A stretch of 64,000 bases of DNA from Promethearchaeota archaeon (GCA_019058445.1 JAHPZA010000006.1:128001-192000); one strand, 5' to 3'. Counted from the stretch's first letter, positions 43,231 through 54,602 are shown. Made by a program: numbers and translations. Notes: generated by a model from the sequence alone, not told the origin.

Positions 43231-45105
43231 ATGAGTGAAAATTTAAAAGGATATAATGGAAAGATTGCTTATGTGAATTTAAGTGAAGAGAAATTCGAGA
43301 TTAAAAATCTTGATGTTCAAATAGCAAAAGATTACTTGGGTGGTACTGGTTTAAGCGCAAAAATCATGTATGATATGCTGTCGGATGCTGATTATAATAC
43401 GTTAAAATCCGATCCTTATGCAGAGATCAATCCCTTGATATTTGCTACAGGTCCTGTCACAGGAACCGTGAGGCCTTCGTCTGGGAGGTATTCTGTATCG
43501 GCTATATCTCCACTCACAAAAATTTGGGGGGAGGGTACGTCGGGAGGTACTTTTTGCATCTCTTTGCGGAATAGTAGATTTGATGCAATAGTTATTACTG
43601 GAAAAGCAAAAAGCCCTTCTTATTTATATGTTCATGATGGAACTATTGAATTTAAGAGTGCGAGTAGTGTATGGGGAAAAGACACATATGAATCCCAAAA
43701 AGTCATTAAAAGTGAATTAAATAATGAAAAGGCAAAAGTCGCAACTATTGGAATTGCTGGGGAAAATTTAGTGAAATATGCGGGAATCATAAATGATGAG
43801 GGGAGAGCTGTAGGTAGATGCGGTATGGGCGCAATTATGGGTTCCAAGAATTTAAAAGCTATAGCAGTTCATGGTACAAATCCAGTTAAAATAGCAGATG
43901 CGGCACTTTCTAAGAAAATCTTAAATGAGGCTCAAGAGAGAGAGAAAGGAGATTTCATGAAGGCAGCTGTTTTTAATGTATTTCATCTTTACGGAACGAA
44001 TTCCTATTTAGATATTGGAATGGCATTAGGAGACACACCAGGGTATTATTTTACCAAATCCGAGTTTTATGCAGAAAAATTAACAGGAAAGACTTTGAAA
44101 GAAACATTTCCTGTTCTAAATTATGGTTGTGCGGGTTGTACATTACAATGTGGTAAAACTACAATTATCGAACATAATGGTCAAGAAATTGAAGTGGATG
44201 GTCCTGAATATGAGTCTGTTGGAGCTTTAGGAACAATGGTGGGGGTATTTGATCCGAAAAATGTAGTATTATCGAACCACATGTGTAATGTATACGGTTT
44301 TGACACTATCTCTGGAGGAGTTAGTATCTCATTTTTAATTTATTTGGTGGAAAATAATCTGGGAATCGAAAAAATCAAACAATTTTTGAAAGATATTAAA
44401 ATTGATGAAATAAGCTGGGGAAATGGAGAATTAATATTAAAATTAATTGATAAAATTGCAAAGAGAGATGATATTGGAGATTTACTGGCAGAAGGAGTGA
44501 GAGTTATGGCAGAGAAACTTGGAGTCGATCCCGAGTTAGCTGCTCATGTAAAGGGGTTAGAAATGCCGATGCATGATCCAAGAGCTTTTGATGGTCAAGC
44601 TTTAAGTTATATGACATGTTGCGTTGGAGCGAATCATGAAAAAGCGGATTGGTTTAGTGCTGAGATGGGAAATTTAGCCTATCCACCTCTACGAATTAAG
44701 GGTGGAGATTATCATAAAATTGATAGACGGGAGAGAGGTGTTAAGAATTTACAAGATCTTAGGGCAATTGATGACTCTGCGGTAAATTGTAATTTTCGGA
44801 ATCCGGATCTTGAAGATATCATCGGATATATTAATGCGGCTACTGGATTTAGTTATGATAGAAAAACACTTATGAAAGTTGGAGAACGCATTAATAACAT
44901 TAAAAGAGTTATAAATTGTAAGATGGGTATCACAAGAGCAGATGATAGACTCACTGGGATAAATACTAAAGTTTTGCCGATGGGAAAAATAGCGGGTGTA
45001 AAGCTTGATATAGAAAAGAACTTAGAACGCTATTATAAAGAGCGAGATTGGGATTGGGATACAGGAGCTCCTTCTCAAGAAAAATTAGATGAATTAGGAA
45101 TATAA
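43231..45105 (+). CDS. tungsten-dependent aldehyde:ferredoxin oxidoreductase family protein
   Basis: SPLT, IGxAGENLV, GRxGMGAxMGSKNLKA, CxGCxxxC, GPEYE, DTIS and HVKGLE motifs. Confidence 0.93.
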   Translation: MSENLKGYNGKIAYVNLSEEKFEIKNLDVQIAKDYLGGTGLSAKIMYDMLSDADYNTLKSDPYAEINPLIFATGPVTGTVRPSSGRYSVSAISPLTKIWGEGTSGGTFCISLRNSRFDAIVITGKAKSPSYLYVHDGTIEFKSASSVWGKDTYESQKVIKSELNNEKAKVATIGIAGENLVKYAGIINDEGRAVGRCGMGAIMGSKNLKAIAVHGTNPVKIADAALSKKILNEAQEREKGDFMKAAVFNVFHLYGTNSYLDIGMALGDTPGYYFTKSEFYAEKLTGKTLKETFPVLNYGCAGCTLQCGKTTIIEHNGQEIEVDGPEYESVGALGTMVGVFDPKNVVLSNHMCNVYGFDTISGGVSISFLIYLVENNLGIEKIKQFLKDIKIDEISWGNGELILKLIDKIAKRDDIGDLLAEGVRVMAEKLGVDPELAAHVKGLEMPMHDPRAFDGQALSYMTCCVGANHEKADWFSAEMGNLAYPPLRIKGGDYHKIDRRERGVKNLQDLRAIDDSAVNCNFRNPDLEDIIGYINAATGFSYDRKTLMKVGERINNIKRVINCKMGITRADDRLTGINTKVLPMGKIAGVKLDIEKNLERYYKERDWDWDTGAPSQEKLDELGI

Positions 45106-45200
45106 ACTTCTCAATATTTTTTTTTATTATTTATTTTTTTTTAAGATCTCTTTACTATACCCTTAAAATACTACATTCTACATAAAAAAAAAGAAAAAAA

Positions 45201-46388
45201 TTAAGTTAAAGTTAGATCTAAATGTATATCTGTAAGCGGATAGGAGATACAAGGATGGATAAATCCATAATTTTGGTCTATTTCACGAATAGTAACTTCG
45301 GGAGGCACGAAAACTTTACCAGAAACCATTTTTGTTCTACATAAAGCACATTGCCCTGAACGACACCCGTTTTCAATCATCAATCTTAGATCTTTCTGCC
45401 TTTCAATACTATTTAGGAGAGGTTCTATGCTAGAGGCCTCAAATGAAATCTGTTCTTTCTGACCCTGTGAGAGAAAGTCAAGGGTTACTTTGACTTTTTT
45501 AGAACCATCGATATCATTTGGCCAACCCATTACTTTTGTTATATCGTCAGGAACTCCAAATGCCTCATATTTTATACGATGAATAGGAATGTTTAGCGCA
45601 TTAAGTTCTCCTTCAATAAATTGATACATATTCAAGCTTCCAACAACATAAAAATATTTACCTTCAATGTTGCCAATAAAATTTAAGATTTCATTTTTAG
45701 TGATGAATCCACAGGCGCCCTTCCAATCTGATTCTGGCTCCGAAAGGATAAATTTCAGTTTTATATTTGAACGACGTGTTGCTATATCTTCAAGTTCTTT
45801 CCGAAATAAAATATCTTTTTCAGTTAAACATCCAAAAATTAAATACACGTTTAATGGTAAAGTGCGCTCAGTGATATCTCTTAACATCGATATAAAAGGA
45901 GTAATACCACACCCCCCAGCGATGAACACCAGATTCTGTCCGTGAAATAGAGTGTTATAAAAAAATTCTCCTAAGGGTCCTGTAGCCTCCAAGTTATCTC
46001 CAACTTTTAAATTTTCCAAAAGATATGGGCTAACAAAACCACCCTCTTTCTTTTTAATTCCTAATTCGTAATAGGCGAGATTATTTGGAGAGGAGACGAG
46101 TGAGTATGGCCGAGAGGTTCTTACTCCATTAATTTCTGCTGTAAGTCCAATATATTGTCCAGCTCGAAACGGAGATAGCAACTTCTTAGGATTTGCTGAG
46201 GTTAAACGGTATACCTTTGTATCCCATGAAAGTTCTTCTATATCACTCACTTGTAATACTAATTTCTCAGGATGAAGTCGCTCGCATAGATTTTCCAGAC
46301 CATCGTAATACCATGGGGTCTGCAAAGTTTGTTCTCGCTGTTTTTTAGCTTTTTCCGCGTTTTGATATTTTTTGATATCTTTCATCAT
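45201..46388 (-). CDS. FAD/NAD(P)-binding oxidoreductase (FNR family) with C-terminal 2Fe-2S ferredoxin domain
   Basis: FRAGQY, RPYSL, GFVS, AGGCGITP and CRSGQCALC...C motifs. Confidence 0.9.
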   Translation of the reverse strand: MMKDIKKYQNAEKAKKQREQTLQTPWYYDGLENLCERLHPEKLVLQVSDIEELSWDTKVYRLTSANPKKLLSPFRAGQYIGLTAEINGVRTSRPYSLVSSPNNLAYYELGIKKKEGGFVSPYLLENLKVGDNLEATGPLGEFFYNTLFHGQNLVFIAGGCGITPFISMLRDITERTLPLNVYLIFGCLTEKDILFRKELEDIATRRSNIKLKFILSEPESDWKGACGFITKNEILNFIGNIEGKYFYVVGSLNMYQFIEGELNALNIPIHRIKYEAFGVPDDITKVMGWPNDIDGSKKVKVTLDFLSQGQKEQISFEASSIEPLLNSIERQKDLRLMIENGCRSGQCALCRTKMVSGKVFVPPEVTIREIDQNYGFIHPCISYPLTDIHLDLTLT

Positions 46389-46391
46389 CGT

Positions 46392-47945
46392 TTACCACTT
46401 CCCCTCCTTTTTATCTTTGAAATACATTCCAGCTGCAATTCTGCCACCTAGAATAGAAGTTGAAAAACCGCCTCCCATATTTGTCCATGCTCCCACTTGA
46501 TATAGCCCGGGAACTGCTCCCCTTGATTTTAAACGCAACATTGGCCCATTATCAACATCCTGAGTGGTTCCATAAATTGCACCCTCTATATTTTTAGAAT
46601 AACGGTAGTAAGTTAGAGGGGTTGCTGCTTCTGCAACCTCAATATAATCGCGAATATTGGGCGAAATAGTATCTTCAACTAATTTTATCATTCCATCAGC
46701 AATTTCGTCCTTTACACGAAAATATTGGTCAGCGGATATGCCTTGCCAAAGTTTCCCCATTTGAAGTGTAGTTAAAACTAATTGAGTTGTTCCCGGTGGA
46801 GATATATCCTCATAAATATGGTTATAACAGGCCGCCACCATATATTTAGGGGGCTCTAATTTCCTAAACGTATCAAATGCTTCATTTTGATCATAAGTGG
46901 TATTAATAAATGCCTCATGGGAAGTAAGCCCAAGTTCTTTATATGACGCATTCAATCCTATATATACTGAAAACCCAGATGGTCCGATTTCAGGTGCATA
47001 AATACTCTTCTTATAACTGTCAGGCACAACTTCAGGAGGAAGCATTTTCATTGCAGTGCAAATCGGATTTACATTTGATACAATTGCTTTACATTTGTAT
47101 ATATCGCCATTCAAAAGGTCTACTCCGCAAACATGGCCATTATCAACGAGAATTCGGTTAACAAGAGCATTATATCTTACTTCACCGCCTAATTCTTCAA
47201 ACGCCTCGACCATCGCTGTAGTGAGTGAATGAGATCTTCCAATGGGAAATGCTGCACCCCATCTCAAAAAGAATATGAGCATTGCAATATAAACATACGC
47301 ATTAGCTCTATCAGGAGGGACTCCCACGTACCCCCACATCTGTGATATTACAGCTATGAGCTTTTTATCTGTAAAAAACTTTTCATATAACTCTGAAAGT
47401 GTAAGACCTGATACTCGAGGGAGCCAAGGATGTTCCTTTAATACTTCTTGAGGTGAAAACCTGCCCCCTTTGGATGCGATATACTCAATTCCTGCTAAAA
47501 CAGCTTTACACATCTCCATAAATTCTTCTATTCCTTGTTTTTCATGAGGGAAAAGCTCTATTAATTTGTCAGTATATTCCTGTATGCCAAACGGTAGTAT
47601 CACATCATATCCATCATAATAGATACTCCGGTACATTTCAGGAACTTGTTTAAACTTAAGCTTATGAGGTACTACACCTAATCTTTCTAAATACCTGTAG
47701 AGCCCTCCTCTATCTTCTTCAGTGCCAATATCGCTTAGTTCGTGCAAAGCACCCTCGAATTCAAATCTCCCCCTTACAAATGAAGTCGCAAATCCTCCCG
47801 GTACATTATGTTTTTCTAGTAGTAATACTTTCTCTCCAGCTAAGGCAATTTGGCAAGCTGCTCCTAGCCCTCCCAATCCAGCACCAATAACAATTACCGG
47901 ATAACTCGAAATTACTTTATTTTCATTAAAATTACTTGATACCAT
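46392..47945 (-). CDS. phytoene desaturase / all-trans-retinol 13,14-reductase family FAD oxidoreductase
   Basis: IGAGLGGL, LEKHNVPGG..SFVRGRFEFE, ATPLT..RY...GAIYG and GLYQVG motifs. Confidence 0.88.
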   Translation of the reverse strand: MVSSNFNENKVISSYPVIVIGAGLGGLGAACQIALAGEKVLLLEKHNVPGGFATSFVRGRFEFEGALHELSDIGTEEDRGGLYRYLERLGVVPHKLKFKQVPEMYRSIYYDGYDVILPFGIQEYTDKLIELFPHEKQGIEEFMEMCKAVLAGIEYIASKGGRFSPQEVLKEHPWLPRVSGLTLSELYEKFFTDKKLIAVISQMWGYVGVPPDRANAYVYIAMLIFFLRWGAAFPIGRSHSLTTAMVEAFEELGGEVRYNALVNRILVDNGHVCGVDLLNGDIYKCKAIVSNVNPICTAMKMLPPEVVPDSYKKSIYAPEIGPSGFSVYIGLNASYKELGLTSHEAFINTTYDQNEAFDTFRKLEPPKYMVAACYNHIYEDISPPGTTQLVLTTLQMGKLWQGISADQYFRVKDEIADGMIKLVEDTISPNIRDYIEVAEAATPLTYYRYSKNIEGAIYGTTQDVDNGPMLRLKSRGAVPGLYQVGAWTNMGGGFSTSILGGRIAAGMYFKDKKEGKW

Positions 47946-48177
47946 AAGAATTAACCTTCTCAGATTACTTTTAAAATTTTTTTTTTCTCTTGTGTTTTTA
48001 TTGATTAGATCAAATTCTATCTATGCCGAAATTTAGTAGACTTAGTATATTCTTAACCTTTTTAAAGAAATAAAAGATTTATAAGTGTCTATACCGAAGA
48101 GAATATAACCAAAATTTAAAATAAGAAATATAATTTTACTTAAAAATTTCAACTAAAAACGACAAAAATTAAAAAAA

Positions 48178-48786
48178 ATGATTAAAATGGATAAAACTCA
48201 AAAAAAAATAATATTCTTCGTGCTTCTCATTGTTTTTGTTATTACCTTTCTTATTCATCTCGGAATGATATACCCTTTTATTAGATATGTACTTCGGCAG
48301 GAAGCTATGATTGAATTCATTTATATGATAATTTTTATTATAGCGTTTATCATCATAACTGGATGCTCTATCCCTATAGTTAATTTTCTTGAGGTTCGGA
48401 AAGCTTGGTTAATATATATGCCTTTTTTGTTAATCAATTTAGGATTAGCTTTGATAATGTCTTCATATCTATTATTTCTTATTTCAGCGGTAACTTTAGG
48501 TATAGGGTTTGCAGGAACATTATTCATAATTAATTTTGCATTGAACTTTAATGAAGAGGGAGATAAAACAAGAATTCAAAGCTGTGTTTATGCGCTTATA
48601 TTAAGTCTTTTGATCGGATTTATACTGATTGGATTAAGTTGGATGGGACTTGGAATTAATCTATTTGCATCTGAAACAGATGTTATATCACCGGGGGAGA
48701 TTTTAAGAATAAGACTTCTAATGATGATCTTTCCAGCATCCGCCATATTAATTGGAATAATAGTGGTTTTAATGGAGAAAGGTTAG
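48178..48786 (+). CDS. multi-pass membrane protein (MFS half-like)
   Basis: About six TM helices. Confidence 0.65.
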   Translation: MIKMDKTQKKIIFFVLLIVFVITFLIHLGMIYPFIRYVLRQEAMIEFIYMIIFIIAFIIITGCSIPIVNFLEVRKAWLIYMPFLLINLGLALIMSSYLLFLISAVTLGIGFAGTLFIINFALNFNEEGDKTRIQSCVYALILSLLIGFILIGLSWMGLGINLFASETDVISPGEILRIRLLMMIFPASAILIGIIVVLMEKG

Positions 48787-48890
48787 GAAAAGTAAATTCA
48801 ACATTTTAGAAGAAAAATTTTTTTTTCCCCTATTGGGGAGTGTTTAGTTAAAATCACTGTAAGTGAGGCATTAGAATTAATTGTAAGAGT

Positions 48891-49706
48891 TTAACGTCCT
48901 ACAAATACAGGATCTCTTTTTTCTTTAAGAGCATCCATCGATTCCCTAAAATCTTTTGATGCAAAGAGTTTTCTTAGTGCCTTATTTTCTAAATCGAGTG
49001 TTTTACTTAATATATCACTGAAATAGGCATGCATTGTTTTCTTCATTAATTTTATTGAAAGACTCGGCCCCTTAGGAGGGATAAGTCGAAGCGCTTGCTC
49101 TCTTGCATACGGGATTAATTCATCAGCAGGAAGTACTTTATTAATAAGTCCAAGTTCATAAGCTTCTTGAGCGTGTACTTGCTTGCCGAAATAACAGATT
49201 TCTTTCGCTTTTTGAAAGCCAATTAGAAAAGGAAGAACAAAATTAAGTGCAAATTCAGGCACTATAGCTCTCCTGCTAAAATAAAATCCCAGCCATGCCT
49301 CTTGTGCCATATAAATTAAATCGGAACATGCTAACGGCATAGTAACACCACCTCCTATTGCCATTCCATTAATCGCGCTAATCACGGGTTTATCAAAATT
49401 CCACATTTTCAAGCATAATTTCTTCTGTGCTATATCCATAAGGTCAATCTCGGGAAATTTCTGCATTTTATGAAACATTTCCTTTTTAAAATATCCTCCA
49501 GAGGTAAACGCGTCCCCTTTTGGATCCCCAGTCATAATTAAAACTTTCGCATTTTTATCTTTTTCCATGTCTTCGATGACAGTATAAATTTCTAAAAAGG
49601 TAATGTATGTGACTGCATTCCGTATTTCAGGTCTACTCAGAGTGACCGTACAAATCCCATTTTCTTCCTTTTCATATTTTATATCTTCAAAATCTTCAAT
49701 TTGCAT
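48891..49706 (-). CDS. enoyl-CoA hydratase/isomerase family protein
   Basis: LSRPE.RNA, KPVISAINGMAIGGG and EAYELGLINKV motifs. Confidence 0.9.
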   Translation of the reverse strand: MQIEDFEDIKYEKEENGICTVTLSRPEIRNAVTYITFLEIYTVIEDMEKDKNAKVLIMTGDPKGDAFTSGGYFKKEMFHKMQKFPEIDLMDIAQKKLCLKMWNFDKPVISAINGMAIGGGVTMPLACSDLIYMAQEAWLGFYFSRRAIVPEFALNFVLPFLIGFQKAKEICYFGKQVHAQEAYELGLINKVLPADELIPYAREQALRLIPPKGPSLSIKLMKKTMHAYFSDILSKTLDLENKALRKLFASKDFRESMDALKEKRDPVFVGR

Positions 49707-49855
49707 TGTTTTTTGCCATTTCTTAATTATTTCAAGTTAATAATTCAAGTCTAAGTAAATTTAATTTATAAACTCAAATTATTTTATTTTCCAAATTAAT
49801 ATAATTATAAAAAAATAATATGAAAAAAAAAATAACCGATTTATCGATTTTTCTA

Positions 49856-51544
49856 CTATTCTTGTCTAAGTTCCTTTTTCAAAACCTTTCCAACCAAACT
49901 TAACGGTAATTCTTCCTTAAACTCATAGATCTTGGGAACTTCGTATTTTGAAAGATGTTCTTGAGCATATTGTTTTATACTTTCCTTTACTGCTTCTGAT
50001 GCCTCAACTCCCTCTTTCAATTGAACTACTGCCTTTACAATTTCGGCACCAGGTCTGTCTGGATTAGGGACACCTATAATTGCTATTAATTGAATGTCAG
50101 GATGTTTTGTCATTATATCTTCAACGTGTACACTATATACTTTAAATCCACTGACAATTAACATATCCTTTGTACGATCGACAATAGTTAAATAACCTTC
50201 CTCATCAAAGACACCTACATCCCCTGTATGAAGCCATCCATCGATGTATGTTTTCGCCGTAGCTTCTGGTTTTTTATAATATCGTTTAGTAATCTGCGGA
50301 CCTTTTAAGCATACTTCGCCGGGCTGTCCAACTGGTACTTCTTCCCCCGTTTCTACATCTACAAGTTTGAAGTCAGTATCGGGGAGAGGTAGACCTACAG
50401 TTCCAATTTTTTTCTTCCCTAAAGCGGGATTTACTGATACTAAAACTGCAGATTCCGTCATTCCATAAACTTCAACGAATTTATTCTCTGAGTGGAAATC
50501 TTTTTCAAAGTCTCTAACTGCTTCAGCTGGAAAAGGGGCTGCCCCAGAAATATATAAATTTATATTATCTAGAGTTTCAGGTGGTATTTTTTTAGCCTTA
50601 GGATTATCCTGAATCATTAAAAATAAAGTAGGGACGTTTCCAAATACTGTTGGCTTTTTATCAATTATTTCTTTTATCATGTGGTTAGTGTCTCTCGGAT
50701 TAGCGATGATGATATGTGATGCTCCGATATAGGTTAAGAATAAACCAACGAATAATCCTGCTAAATGAAAGTATGGAAATGCCGAAATAACTATATCTGT
50801 TCCGTGTTTTCTGTTAAGCCATGTATTGAACTGAATACTATTCGCACATAAATTAGCATGTGTAATTTCAGTTCCTTTAGGGCGTCCAGTAGTTCCTCCA
50901 GTGTATTGTATTAACATTAAATCTTTATGAGGATCCATCGAAACTGGTTTTACATCGATTTCCGTATCGATAGCTTCTTGGAAAGGCACAACTTTTTTGC
51001 CTGGATATGGAACCATTTTTCCTTTTGGAATTTTTCCTAGTAGTTTCGCTATCCCTACTATAAACCCCGGGAGATTCATCATCTCAGCTATATTTGTAGG
51101 AATTATAACTTCGAGCTTTGGAATTTTATCTAAAATGTTTCCAATTATCTTTTCATGGACGATATCCATTGTAACAAGAAATTTTGCATCTGAATCATTT
51201 ATCTGATATGCAATTTCATCAGCACTCATAAGAGGTGAACATCCTGATGACACTCCTCCCGCTATATATGTCCCATAAAGTGCGATTAAATACTGCGGGC
51301 AGTTTGGGATATTCATTGCTACAACATCTCCCTTTTTCAATCCATTTTTTTGCAAAAAGGTGGCAAATTTCCGAGAAAGCTCTAATACTTCCCTATATGT
51401 CAGCACATTCTTCATAAAATAAAATGCTACTCTGTCCGGAAAGGCTTCCATAGCCCGTGTTAAAATTGTCCCAAAATCTTCATATTTATAGGTAAGGCTC
51501 TCAGGAACATGTTTATCATATGATTTTAACCAAATTTTTTCCAT
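49856..51544 (-). CDS. long-chain-fatty-acid--CoA ligase
   Basis: QYTGGTTGRPKG, YGMTE, WLHTGD, DRTKDM and VGKVLK motifs. Confidence 0.93.
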   Translation of the reverse strand: MEKIWLKSYDKHVPESLTYKYEDFGTILTRAMEAFPDRVAFYFMKNVLTYREVLELSRKFATFLQKNGLKKGDVVAMNIPNCPQYLIALYGTYIAGGVSSGCSPLMSADEIAYQINDSDAKFLVTMDIVHEKIIGNILDKIPKLEVIIPTNIAEMMNLPGFIVGIAKLLGKIPKGKMVPYPGKKVVPFQEAIDTEIDVKPVSMDPHKDLMLIQYTGGTTGRPKGTEITHANLCANSIQFNTWLNRKHGTDIVISAFPYFHLAGLFVGLFLTYIGASHIIIANPRDTNHMIKEIIDKKPTVFGNVPTLFLMIQDNPKAKKIPPETLDNINLYISGAAPFPAEAVRDFEKDFHSENKFVEVYGMTESAVLVSVNPALGKKKIGTVGLPLPDTDFKLVDVETGEEVPVGQPGEVCLKGPQITKRYYKKPEATAKTYIDGWLHTGDVGVFDEEGYLTIVDRTKDMLIVSGFKVYSVHVEDIMTKHPDIQLIAIIGVPNPDRPGAEIVKAVVQLKEGVEASEAVKESIKQYAQEHLSKYEVPKIYEFKEELPLSLVGKVLKKELRQE

Positions 51545-51694
51545 TTAACTCACTATTTTCAAAATTAATTTGTTAATTATTTATTTTGCTTTAGTGGAAT
51601 TTAATACTTTTCAAAATCTTGAATTAAATTATTCATTCTAATTAGAGAAAATAATAAAAAAAAGAGATTTAAAATTTAGAAATCTTTACATTAG

Positions 51695-52210
51695 CTATTT
51701 TTCTTGTTCCTTTTTGTTAAGTTCAACTGCCGGATCTTCAAGAGCATCATAATAATCGATATCAAACCACGAACCCGTCCTTTCTTTTGCCCATACAGCT
51801 TTTACTGGCATTCCAATATAGACAGAATGAAAATCAATATCTTTCGGCATATTATGAAGCCAAATTGTGTCGGCTCCATCTTGACGAACTGCAATAACGG
51901 GTAATGGTCTTTCACGATTTTTATCATCAGCCTCATAAGTGGCGGAGCCAGTAGCTATAGTTCCAGTCTCTGGCAAACGAACCCATTGATCTGGCATTAC
52001 TAAGCATCGTCCACATATTAATCTCGGGGGAAATGAGACTGTATTGCACGACCGGCATTTTAATCCTAAACAAACTCCATCTTTTAGCCCTTTAAGAAAG
52101 ACTTTTGTTCTCGACAAATTAAATTTATATTTATAATTCATTAAATACCAGTTTCCATGCAAGGTTCTTGTCTTTTTATATTGCTTTTTAATATAGTCTG
52201 GTAGTGGCAT
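51695..52210 (-). CDS. DUF35 Zn-ribbon/OB-fold protein
   Basis: CRSC..PPRLICGRC, DGAD and GMPVKAVW. Confidence 0.88.
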   Translation of the reverse strand: MPLPDYIKKQYKKTRTLHGNWYLMNYKYKFNLSRTKVFLKGLKDGVCLGLKCRSCNTVSFPPRLICGRCLVMPDQWVRLPETGTIATGSATYEADDKNRERPLPVIAVRQDGADTIWLHNMPKDIDFHSVYIGMPVKAVWAKERTGSWFDIDYYDALEDPAVELNKKEQEK

Positions 52211-52218
52211 TCTTTATT

Positions 52219-53463
52219 TCACCTCCATTTTCTCTGTGGTTCATCGGACATCACCACATGAGTTATTAAATTGATAGAACCGCCCCAACCATGTCCTAAA
52301 GCAGTGTGAACTGTTTTTGGTACTTGGTTGCCAGCTTTTCCCATAATTTGTAGAGCAGCTTCAGCTGGCCGTTCCATAGCAGAAGCTCCAATCGCATTTG
52401 TCGAATTGACGCCGCCAGAACAGTTCACAGGTAATTCTCCATTAAGCGCAGTAACTCCATTCCGATATGCTTCTGGAGCCTGATTTTCTTCAAAAAGCCC
52501 AATTCTTTCAACCCACATCAATTCTTGATTTGGGAATGGAGAATAAACTTCCGCATAATCAATTTCCTTATTGGGAAATGAAATACCTGCTTGTCCATAT
52601 GCCACCTCAGCTGATTTCATCGCTCCCAGTTGTTCGCACGGATCAGTTTGGCCTGCACCTGCACAATCTATCCCTATAATGGCCGATTCATTGCTGTAAC
52701 TCGCAACACCATTGATATAGACGGGAATGTCCGCTATTTGCTTCGCTTTTTCTTCAGTTGTAATTAACATCGCGCAAGCACCATCAGAGGCAGGACATAC
52801 CATTCCAAATCTCAGAGGAAAAGAGATATATGGTGTGTCGAGTACATCCTCTATGGTAATCGTAGGCATTTTTAAATGCGTCCACCAATTTTTTGCAGCA
52901 TTTCTTCTATTTTGGACAACAACGCGGGCTAGATCCTCTTCAGTTGCCCGACTACGCCTCATATAATTCATAGCTTGATAAGAAGCTACTCCAATTGCAG
53001 CTCCGGAACCCATATTTGATCTCATCCTCTCAATGGTATAGCCTAAATCAGAAAAAATAGAAAATTCTCCTAATGCTACAGATGCTAAACCTACTGTGGT
53101 ATCCCCACATGATTGCTGCTCGAAACCGATGCATAAAACCATGTCGTATAATCCTGAGGCTACACTGTAATAACCAGCTATTGTAACAGAACCTCCTGTA
53201 GTTCCGCCTGTGGTAACCCGGAGCAACGGTTTATTTTTAGAGGCCATGTGATCTCCCATCCATAATTCTGGCATATTCGCCCCTTCAAATGCGGGCATAT
53301 TACCATTGACAACCGCATCTATGTCCTTCCAATCGATATTTGCTTTTGTAATACAATCCTCAACCGCTTCATTGACCAATTCTGCCATGTTCACATCAGA
53401 ACGTTTAGATGCGTGTTCACAAAACCCACAGCTTATTATTGCTGGTTGTACTTTATGTGCCAT
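52219..53463 (-). CDS. thiolase-fold protein, Ltp3-like (no catalytic Cys)
   Basis: PAFEG, RVTTGGTTGG, AEVYSPF and SGGVNSTNAIGAS motifs. Confidence 0.85.
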   Translation of the reverse strand: MAHKVQPAIISCGFCEHASKRSDVNMAELVNEAVEDCITKANIDWKDIDAVVNGNMPAFEGANMPELWMGDHMASKNKPLLRVTTGGTTGGSVTIAGYYSVASGLYDMVLCIGFEQQSCGDTTVGLASVALGEFSIFSDLGYTIERMRSNMGSGAAIGVASYQAMNYMRRSRATEEDLARVVVQNRRNAAKNWWTHLKMPTITIEDVLDTPYISFPLRFGMVCPASDGACAMLITTEEKAKQIADIPVYINGVASYSNESAIIGIDCAGAGQTDPCEQLGAMKSAEVAYGQAGISFPNKEIDYAEVYSPFPNQELMWVERIGLFEENQAPEAYRNGVTALNGELPVNCSGGVNSTNAIGASAMERPAEAALQIMGKAGNQVPKTVHTALGHGWGGSINLITHVVMSDEPQRKWR

Positions 53464-53466
53464 TTT

Positions 53467-54600
53467 TTAACCACCTCCCTCCAATACAAATAATATACTA
53501 TTTTGAGCACAAAAACCCACCTGTCCAGAAGCAATTGCTTTCTTGGCACCGGAAACTTGATACTCATCTGCTTCCCCTCGAAGTTGCTTCGCAGCTTCTA
53601 CTATTCTTGTCAGTCCACAAGCACAAGGAGTAAATGCACTCATCGCCCCTCCAGAAGGATTTAATGCTGATCCTGAATCAAGCAACGTCGCTCCTTTTCC
53701 ATTTTCAGCCAATTTTGCTGCCTCTGCTAATATTAATTCTTCACACGATGTATGTCCAAAGAGTTCTGCTACATCAATTTCAGATTTAGGATCACTTATT
53801 CCAGCCATTTTATACGCTTTTTCGGCCGCTTTTTCCATTGAAACGCTTTTGCTTAAATCTCTATCACCTAAATAATAGGTCTCCTGACATTGTCCCATCC
53901 CGGTGATCCACACGGGGGTATCCGTAATTTTTAAACTTTGTCTCTCAGGAGCTAAAATCATCGCAGTTGCCCCATCACATGGGATAGGATACATCAATTC
54001 CCTTAAGGGACTGCTTAAAACCTCAGAATTTAACACATCTTGCACAGAGATATCCGATTTTTTCACATCTGGTAAAGCTAAAGGATTTTTCGCAGAATTC
54101 TTATAACCTTGTACTGCAACCTTCGCAATTTCTTCTTCGCTCACGCCAAATGCTTTCATATAAGCCCTCATTTGCATTCCTCCAGCAGTATATGAGTTTA
54201 TCAAACTTATGGTTCTATCAAAAGTAGGATCTAATTCCAAGATTCTCACTGGCTCATATAAATAGCATGATGGCATGCTAAATCCATATATCATCGCTAA
54301 TTTATGGTTACCTGATAATATTCTATACTGCCCGTAAGCTGCGGCATGCGCTCCATCCATTTCGACTTTAGTCTCGTCCTTCATATAAGCCCCCCCTGCT
54401 TCTACTTTAAAGCAGTTCGAAATAGTTTTTCCATCATAGTAATCGTTCGTGCACGTTACTACAGTGGTAATATCTTTTCTTTTTAAACCAGCAGAATCCA
54501 AGGCTCCCCTCACTGCAGAGTAAATGGCTTCATAGGGACTCATCATCATATCCAGTTCAGGTTTTAGTTGACAATACCCAACAATTCCTACTCGTTCCAT
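53467..54600 (-). CDS. thiolase-fold protein, Ltp4-like (no catalytic Cys)
   Basis: NDYYDGK, ETKVEMDGAHA and NPSGG motifs. Confidence 0.85.
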   Translation of the reverse strand: MERVGIVGYCQLKPELDMMMSPYEAIYSAVRGALDSAGLKRKDITTVVTCTNDYYDGKTISNCFKVEAGGAYMKDETKVEMDGAHAAAYGQYRILSGNHKLAMIYGFSMPSCYLYEPVRILELDPTFDRTISLINSYTAGGMQMRAYMKAFGVSEEEIAKVAVQGYKNSAKNPLALPDVKKSDISVQDVLNSEVLSSPLRELMYPIPCDGATAMILAPERQSLKITDTPVWITGMGQCQETYYLGDRDLSKSVSMEKAAEKAYKMAGISDPKSEIDVAELFGHTSCEELILAEAAKLAENGKGATLLDSGSALNPSGGAMSAFTPCACGLTRIVEAAKQLRGEADEYQVSGAKKAIASGQVGFCAQNSILFVLEGGG

Positions 54601-54602
54601 CT

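Noticed and set aside
48825-48840. TTCCCC-TATT-GGGGAG hairpin between convergent genes as a terminator
   Set aside because: The stem is short and no T-tract directly follows it on either strand; support is insufficient.
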